DNA from: Candidatus Zixiibacteriota bacterium
GTDB lineage: Bacteria > Zixibacteria > MSB-5A5 > UBA10806 > 4484-95
DNA: 23,376 nucleotides
Assembly: GCA_029932605.1 (NCBI GenBank)
Contig: JAOZPT010000041.1
Span: 1 to 23,376 of the forward strand
Reading direction: 5' to 3'
The number at the start of each line of letters is the position of its first letter. Positions within the stretch are counted from its first letter, which is position 1. The notes under the pieces are model-generated. The model had not been told where the DNA came from and did no database searches. It saw only the letters and a list, made by a program, of their open reading frames with translations. The position numbers were made by a program, and so were the translations under genes. Of the stretch, positions 17,186 through 23,376 are shown piece after piece.

Positions 17186-17686
17186 ATGGCATTATGTGGA
17201 AAAGCGTTCAAGTTTGGCGATGATATCTCCACTGACCATATCGCTCCGGGAAGGTATTTCCACTTAAGATCGAATTTGCCTGAACTGGCCAAGCATGTTC
17301 TTGAGGATGCTGATGAGACATTTGCCACAAGGGTGAAACCGGGAGATTTTGTCGTTGGTGGTAAAAATTTTGGTCTTGGCTCTTCCCGTGAACATGCACC
17401 AACCATTATTAAGCTGGCGGGCGTTGGAGCGGTTCTGGCCAAGTCGTTTGCCCGGATATTTTTTCGTAATGCTATCAATGTCGGCTTGCCGGTTTTGATC
17501 TGTGATACGGACCGTATTTGCGATGGTGATGAACTTGAGGTTGACCTTGAGGCCGGTTTAATTAAGGATAAAACAAACGATATCGAGCTTTCGTTTACGC
17601 CCCTTCCAAAGACTATGGTGACTATTCTCGAGGATGGTGGGCTTGTGGCTCATATTCAGAAACACGGGGATTTCAAACTCGATTAA
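17186..17686 (+). CDS. LeuD/HacB-family hydro-lyase small subunit
   Basis: Motifs FGDDISTDHIAPGRY, NFGLGSSREHA and SFARIFFRNAINVGL. Confidence 0.92.
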   Translation: MALCGKAFKFGDDISTDHIAPGRYFHLRSNLPELAKHVLEDADETFATRVKPGDFVVGGKNFGLGSSREHAPTIIKLAGVGAVLAKSFARIFFRNAINVGLPVLICDTDRICDGDELEVDLEAGLIKDKTNDIELSFTPLPKTMVTILEDGGLVAHIQKHGDFKLD

Positions 17687-17784
17687 GATGTTTGTGCAGT
17701 GCAAGAATCATTTATATGGCATTGAAAAATATGAAGAGAGCCATAATAGCAAGCTATGTGTAAGACAAATTGAGGATATTTTAA

Positions 17785-18375
17785 ATGTCTAAAGTCTCCA
17801 AAAATTCGATACTGGGTCTGGTAATAGTATTTTTTGGTTTTATTTTATTATTTGATTCGCTTGGTTATGTTGAGTTTGATTTTTGGAGATTGATAGATAA
17901 ACTTTGGCCTTTAGTGTTAATAATAATCGGTCTGATAGTTATTTTCAAAAGCAGAGAAAGGGCCGAATCCGAATCATTATCGGTCGAGTTGAATTCCTCT
18001 GATTATAGCGGTTCTACATTATTTGGTGATATCCGAGTTGCCGGCATATCTAAAGATGTGGGAAAGATAGACCGGTCTTTGCTATTTGGCGACATCGTTA
18101 TCGATCTGTCCGGTTCTAAGTTGAAGGATGGTAATAATTATGTCAAAGCCTCGGTGATATTCGGCGATGTAGATGTGATAGTACCTGCTGATTTCCCGGT
18201 TTGTATGGATCTAGGTTGCATCGCCGGGTCAGTTTCGTATGGCGCCAAAAAATCTGATGGTTTAATGCCGAGAATTAGATACACCGATACCGATTTTGAT
18301 AACACGCCGGCCAAGCTTTATATTAAGGCCAACACGACTTTTGGTGATATAAGAGTAGTAAAGTCTGAAAAGTAA
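17785..18375 (+). CDS. LiaF-like membrane protein (N-terminal TM hairpin plus DUF2154-like beta-repeat domain)
   Basis: GLVIVFFG...[11 protein letters not shown]-terminus and repeated (L/I/T)FGD(I/V) strands. Confidence 0.75.
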   Translation: MSKVSKNSILGLVIVFFGFILLFDSLGYVEFDFWRLIDKLWPLVLIIIGLIVIFKSRERAESESLSVELNSSDYSGSTLFGDIRVAGISKDVGKIDRSLLFGDIVIDLSGSKLKDGNNYVKASVIFGDVDVIVPADFPVCMDLGCIAGSVSYGAKKSDGLMPRIRYTDTDFDNTPAKLYIKANTTFGDIRVVKSEK

Positions 18376-18386
18376 AAGGAGAGACG

Positions 18387-19631
18387 ATGGCAAAATATAA
18401 GATGATTACACCCCCGACAAATGGCACACCGATAACGATCGTGGATAAAAAACTTAAAGTGCCGGACAACCCTATAATCCCGGTTATCGAGGGAGATGGA
18501 ATTGGTAGTGATATCATGAAGGCCTGTCGGCGTGTGGTTGATGCTGCTATAGAGAAAACTTATAATGGTAGAAAACAGATTGTCTGGTTTGATATATATG
18601 CCGGTGATGCAGCTTTGAAAATGTATGGCGAGGTTTTGCCACGAGATACATTTAAGGCAATAAAAGAGTTTATTGTTGCTCTCAAAGGTCCTCTTACAAC
18701 TCCTGTAGGGGGAGGTTATCGCTCGTTAAATGTCACTTTGCGACAGGCGCTAAACCTTTATGCCTGCGTAAGGCCGGTACGTTATTTCCAGGGTGTGCCC
18801 TCACCGGTAAAACATCCAGAGAAACTCAATGTGGTCATTTTCCGTGAGAACACCGAGGATGTTTATGCTGGTATTGAGTGGCCCAAAGGGACCAAGGAGG
18901 TTAAGAAAGTAATTGATTTTTTGAACAAAAGAATGAAGACCAAAATCCGTGCTGATTCTGGCATTGGCATAAAACCAATATCTGTAACAGGTACACAGCG
19001 TCTTGTCAGCAAAGCTATCCGCTATGCATTGGATAACGGGCGCAGGTCTGTTACCCTTGTCCATAAGGGTAACATTATGAAGTATACAGAGGGGGCTTTT
19101 CGGGATTGGGGATATAAAATCGCTGCTAAAAGATTCCCTGATGAAACCATTTCAGAAGCCGAAATCTGGGACAAATATAATGGCAAGTGTCCTGATGGTA
19201 AGGTTATTATCAAGGACCGTATTGCCGATTCAATGTTCCAGCAGATTCTCACACGTTCGGATGAGTATGATATTATAGCTACTCCTAATTTAAATGGCGA
19301 TTACCTCTCGGATGCATGTGCTGCCCAGGTCGGTGGGCTGGGTATGGCTCCTGGAGGTAATATCGGTGACTATGTGGGGCTTTTCGAGGCGACTCATGGA
19401 ACTGCTCCAAAATATGCTGGTAAAGATATGGTCAACCCGAGCTCACTTATACTTTCAGCGGTGATGATGCTTAATTATCTTGGCTGGAAGGAGGCTGGTT
19501 TGGCTATCGAGAAGGCCATTGAAAAAACCATCCTGCAAAAGACAGTGACGTATGATCTCGAGCGACTTATGGAGGGTGCAACTAAGGTCTCAACCTCGCA
19601 GTATGCCACGCATATCATCGAGAACCTGTGA
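18387..19631 (+). CDS. icd: NADP-dependent isocitrate dehydrogenase (E. coli type)
   Basis: Motifs [38 protein letters not shown] and [13 protein letters not shown] determinants in HGTAPKYAG and TYDLER. Confidence 0.96.
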   Translation: MAKYKMITPPTNGTPITIVDKKLKVPDNPIIPVIEGDGIGSDIMKACRRVVDAAIEKTYNGRKQIVWFDIYAGDAALKMYGEVLPRDTFKAIKEFIVALKGPLTTPVGGGYRSLNVTLRQALNLYACVRPVRYFQGVPSPVKHPEKLNVVIFRENTEDVYAGIEWPKGTKEVKKVIDFLNKRMKTKIRADSGIGIKPISVTGTQRLVSKAIRYALDNGRRSVTLVHKGNIMKYTEGAFRDWGYKIAAKRFPDETISEAEIWDKYNGKCPDGKVIIKDRIADSMFQQILTRSDEYDIIATPNLNGDYLSDACAAQVGGLGMAPGGNIGDYVGLFEATHGTAPKYAGKDMVNPSSLILSAVMMLNYLGWKEAGLAIEKAIEKTILQKTVTYDLERLMEGATKVSTSQYATHIIENL

Positions 19632-19866
19632 TAGGGATGACATGAAACAGCCAACCTGTTCTGGACGTTTGAGGATGGGGGATTGGTGAATCGAATTATT
19701 TAATAGAGTTAGTTAAAATTAACCGAGCTAGGGCAAGGATAAAAGGTTCCAGCTGATACTGGTGGCATTAAGAATGAATTTTCGGGAGATATCAGGGGTA
19801 ACTTCTAATATGTAGCTTGAGTGTTAGCTAATTACCCTGCCGAATAAAATGGGCTGTTAGTTTTTT

Positions 19867-20838
19867 ATGAATAAGGAAATTGAACTGATATTTTCACCGA
19901 TTACATCCAAGATAAAGCAGTATGATGTGCTTTTAAAACGGATTCTTACTTCCGATTCAGAACTGATTGGCCAAGTATCCGATTACCTGTTTTCACGTTC
20001 AGGCAAATTGCTCAGACCGGGACTGATCTTTTTATCGGCAGGTCGAACAGATGATATTCGAGTTGTATATGCAGCACTTGCTATTGAGCTAATTCACGTG
20101 GCAACTCTTCTGCATGATGATGTCATCGACCAATCGACTAAAAGGCGTGGTCTAGAAACAGTCAACTATCGCTGGAATAATATGGTATCGGTGTTGATGG
20201 GTGACTATCTATTTGCCAAAGCATTCGGGTTGTTGGTTGAATCAGGATTGCAAAGTCTTTTGAAAAACTTCTCTGTAGCAACCCAGCGGGTTTCGGTTGG
20301 AGAGTTAAATCAGGTTTATAACACCGGCAATTTCGATTTAGCTGAGGAAGATTACCTAAAGGTTATTGCCGATAAGACCGCTTCACTTTTTGCCTGTGCT
20401 GGTGAGGCTGGCATTATATGTAATAGTGGCGATGAAAGTAAACAAAGGGCGATGCGTGAATACGGTGAAAACCTCGGTATCGCTTTTCAAATCACCGATG
20501 ACCTCCTGGATTTGGTAGGTGAAACTACTAAAACCGGCAAACAGTTGGGTTCGGATATCCGCGAGGGATGGGTCACTCTGCCTTTAATTTATACTTTAAA
20601 AAATGGCGGCAAACCATATAGGGACCGAGTCGTAAAACTATATAAGGAGAAATTTGATAAGAGCGAGTTTGAATGGATGGTTGATTTAATCCGCCAAAAC
20701 GGTGGTATTGACTATGCAAGCCAAAGAGCCCGGAATTATGTAAGAAAGGCTAAGAAGGCAGTGGCTGACATAAAAGGGATTGATTATAAGGAGAACTTAA
20801 TCAAACTAGCCGACTTTGCTGTTTATCGAGAAAATTAA
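19867..20838 (+). CDS. Long-chain trans-polyprenyl diphosphate synthase (IspB/HepT-like)
   Basis: GKLLRP; ATLLHDDVID...RRG with small residues upstream of the first DDxxD, indicating long-chain products; KTA; FQITDDLLD. Confidence 0.92.
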   Translation: MNKEIELIFSPITSKIKQYDVLLKRILTSDSELIGQVSDYLFSRSGKLLRPGLIFLSAGRTDDIRVVYAALAIELIHVATLLHDDVIDQSTKRRGLETVNYRWNNMVSVLMGDYLFAKAFGLLVESGLQSLLKNFSVATQRVSVGELNQVYNTGNFDLAEEDYLKVIADKTASLFACAGEAGIICNSGDESKQRAMREYGENLGIAFQITDDLLDLVGETTKTGKQLGSDIREGWVTLPLIYTLKNGGKPYRDRVVKLYKEKFDKSEFEWMVDLIRQNGGIDYASQRARNYVRKAKKAVADIKGIDYKENLIKLADFAVYREN

Positions 20839-20885
20839 TACAATGTTAATAACTGCTGTAGTTGTTTGCTTCGGTGAGTTATAAC

Positions 20886-22982
20886 ATGTTTTCTATAAAT
20901 TTCCATAGTAACTATATAATATTTTATGTCATTATTGGGTTGTCAGCATTGGCTATTTCGTGGTGGAGCTATCGGAATCTCTCTCCCCATATCTCTAAAC
21001 TGAAAAAATATCTCTTGATGATTCTGCGAATTATCGCTGTAACCCTGATTGGATTGTTGCTTTTAGAACCCCTGTTGACAGTTTTTTCAGAGAGGACGAC
21101 CGGTAATAAGCTTGGGGTTGTAGTGGATTTATCCTCGAGTATGATGACAGAGGAAAAAAGTGGTAGAAGGTATCAAATAGCATCTTCTGCTATCGGTGAT
21201 TATATGCCAAGGAGAATTCCGTTAAATTATTATGGTTTTTCTGATTCATTAGTAAGGCTTGAGAGTTTTCCGGATTCGTTTAGTTTTATAGGTAAGGCAA
21301 CCAATATCGCTACTGCATTAATCAGACCTCTGGATAACGATGAGATTGGTGCCCTGCTTATCGTTACCGACGGAGCCGGTAACATCGGCCCGGATCCGGT
21401 AAAATCGGCTTCTACGGTAAAAGTGCCTGTTTATAGCCTTGTAGTGGGTAGCAGAATTAACCGGAAGGATATTTTTATAAACAAGATTGATTACCCACCG
21501 GTGGGTTACACTAATACCGGATTACCTATAGAGGTTGAGTTTGGAGCCAACGGTTACGATGGCCAGACTGTCATCATGGAGATCCGCGATAATAAAAGCA
21601 CACTTGATTCAAAACGTGTTGTTCTTCCCCCTGATGGAGCGTATTCGATTGCTGAATTTAGGATTTCTGTGGCAGAAGAGGGAGTTAAAGATCTTAAGGC
21701 AATTATTTCCAGCATCGAGGATGAGACAACCAAAGACAACAACACTCGTGTTTTTACAATCAAATTTCTCAAAGATAAAATGAATGTTCTGATTTTATCC
21801 TCGTCACTCAATTGGGAATATACTTTTTTAAAGAAAGTTTTAGAAAAAGACAGTCATTTTGCGGTTAAGACTGCCATTGCCAACCGACATGGTGGATTTC
21901 AACAACTATTGTGGGATGGAATAGACCTTGTGATAGTAATGGATTTGAACTCAAATGCTTTAGGTTCCCAGATCAATAGATTGGTAGCTGCGATGGAAAC
22001 TGGCACTGGGTTTTTGTACCTGGCTGGAATTAATAGCCGTGGTGTTCAACTAAGGTCATGGGAGAAGTATTTACCTGTTAAACTTGGCCCGCGCGTGGAT
22101 ATCGAATTTGGGGAATATTTTCCAAAACCGACGATGCAGCCACGAGTTGGAGCGATACTGGATATCGAGGGCATGAGCTGGGAACAGCTTCCTCCTCTGA
22201 AATATGTAATCGCTCCTCTTGAACTTAACAAGGATGCTTTGATAATGATGGAGGTCATTACCGATGCAGGTGAGCATTGGCCGGTTGTTACCGCTGGGAA
22301 GTATAAAACAGGAAAGACCATAGCCATTACCGGTTTCCCCTGGTGGCCCAGATACTTCAGAGCTGGTATCGATATGGTTGACTTAAAGAGGATCGAGAAG
22401 TTTTGGAGCAATCTGGTCCGCTGGCTGGTGATAAGAGAGGACCTTGAGAAGTTCAACCTTAGCACTGATAAACCGGTCTATAAACTGGGTGAACCGGTAG
22501 GATTTAATGCGACTGTTTTTGATGATAATTATAATCTTGTAAGCGGTGCCCGAATCAGTGTTATGGTTATAGATTCTTCGAAAACGGAGCGTGAACTGCT
22601 TTTATCCGGGCTGGAACCGGGTAAGTATACAGGCGATTTTGGCTCGCCGGCACCAGGGAAATATGAGTTTAAGGCTATTGCCCTTATTGATGGTGATACG
22701 ATTGCCAGTGCTAACGGCAGTTTTTTAGTGGAGGCTTTAAGCCTGGAGATGGAGAATCCCTCGGCAAATTGTGCTATTATGGAAAAAATAGCGGAAATTA
22801 CCGGTGGAAAAAGTTATACTCCTGATAATTTTTCGGAGTTCTCGCAAAACCTCAGGTTAAAAACAAAGAGAAGCGAGGTGTTTTCCGAGTATCGCCTTAC
22901 CGGTAACCTTTATGTCCTGCTTTTGATAATATTGCTGTTTACGGCCGAGTGGGGAATACGAAAATTCAACCAGCTGGCATAA
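20886..22982 (+). CDS. Membrane-anchored VWA-domain protein with probable Ig-like and glutamine-amidotransferase-like domains
   Basis: Two N-terminal TMs ending in LLEP, MIDAS motif DLSSSM...ATNI...IVTDG, WSNLVRWL, IAEITGG, and a C-terminal TM followed by EWGIRK. Start at ATG 20886 or TTG 20862. Confidence 0.75.
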   Translation: MFSINFHSNYIIFYVIIGLSALAISWWSYRNLSPHISKLKKYLLMILRIIAVTLIGLLLLEPLLTVFSERTTGNKLGVVVDLSSSMMTEEKSGRRYQIASSAIGDYMPRRIPLNYYGFSDSLVRLESFPDSFSFIGKATNIATALIRPLDNDEIGALLIVTDGAGNIGPDPVKSASTVKVPVYSLVVGSRINRKDIFINKIDYPPVGYTNTGLPIEVEFGANGYDGQTVIMEIRDNKSTLDSKRVVLPPDGAYSIAEFRISVAEEGVKDLKAIISSIEDETTKDNNTRVFTIKFLKDKMNVLILSSSLNWEYTFLKKVLEKDSHFAVKTAIANRHGGFQQLLWDGIDLVIVMDLNSNALGSQINRLVAAMETGTGFLYLAGINSRGVQLRSWEKYLPVKLGPRVDIEFGEYFPKPTMQPRVGAILDIEGMSWEQLPPLKYVIAPLELNKDALIMMEVITDAGEHWPVVTAGKYKTGKTIAITGFPWWPRYFRAGIDMVDLKRIEKFWSNLVRWLVIREDLEKFNLSTDKPVYKLGEPVGFNATVFDDNYNLVSGARISVMVIDSSKTERELLLSGLEPGKYTGDFGSPAPGKYEFKAIALIDGDTIASANGSFLVEALSLEMENPSANCAIMEKIAEITGGKSYTPDNFSEFSQNLRLKTKRSEVFSEYRLTGNLYVLLLIILLFTAEWGIRKFNQLA

Positions 22983-23285
22983 GAACCTTCAGTTCACGTT
23001 TTGCTACGGCCTGATGGAGTAATGAATTTAAAATAAATCGTTTTCCCTTGATAGTAGCATAATTACCAATAGGAGAAACGAGACGTTTAGACTATAAAGG
23101 AATTCCGCTATAGGGAAAGGGATCTTACATGTATAAGAAATATCGTCTTTATCATTCGTTTAACTCATTAGTAAACCGACCTAATGATGAATAAGTATTT
23201 TTGATTAAAGTATAATTGTAAAAATATTGTTGAATTCGAAAAAAATATATTAAATTAGCATTCTAAAAAATAGGATAAGACAAGG

Positions 23286-23376
23286 ATGGCTAAAAGGTTA
23301 GCAGAAGCTATTATCAGATTTGCTAATTCATTAAAAACTCAGTATAACGATCTTTCAATGTTTTCAAAAGTATTTA
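23286..23376 (+). CDS. Possible 5' end of a CDS running off the window (MAKRLAEAIIRFANSLKTQYNDLSMFSKVF...)
   Basis: ATG at 23286 with an open frame to the end of the window and AGGA upstream. Too short to assign. Confidence 0.35.
   Translation, partial: MAKRLAEAIIRFANSLKTQYNDLSMFSKVF

Noticed and set aside
16651..17478. 275-aa minus-strand ORF with a Phe/Val-rich, membrane-like stretch
   Set aside because: It is the antisense shadow of the leuC/leuD-like genes. The Phe runs are the reverse complement of Lys codons.
273..22465. Remaining short minus-strand and alternate-frame ORFs in the ORF track
   Set aside because: All lie within or across well-supported + strand genes and show no recognisable motifs.
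23040..23200. Small inverted repeats (TCATTAG/CTAATGA at 23165-23187; CTATA...TATAG)
   Set aside because: Short AT-rich stems are expected by chance, and no repeat-spacer periodicity or recognisable RNA family is present.

Overview
This is a bacterial chromosomal window with all credible genes on the + strand. No rRNA, tRNA, CRISPR array or transposase was seen. The left part (252-7590) holds an ALDH7/antiquitin-type dehydrogenase, an AT-rich solo O-antigen-ligase (Wzy_C)-family gene, a COG2403 P-loop enzyme (probable arginine synthetase ArcE) followed by carbamate kinase, and a CCA-adding enzyme. The core (7630-19631) is an anaerobic-type TCA cluster: sucCD, korDABC, ndk, a LarA-family Ni-pincer racemase, mdh, a LeuC/LeuD-like hydro-lyase pair in the slot where aconitase is expected, a LiaF-like gene and icd. 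The right end has a long-chain polyprenyl synthase and a VWA membrane protein. The most unusual signal is polycationic, histone-H1-like C-terminal tails on three unrelated metabolic enzymes (SucD, the LeuC-like subunit and, shorter, ArcE). The LeuC-like subunit also carries three 22-residue apolipoprotein-like helical repeats before its tail, a PhaF/HBHA-like layout. Together these suggest a shared localisation or condensate tag. Functional assignments come from motif recognition and gene context, not database searches.
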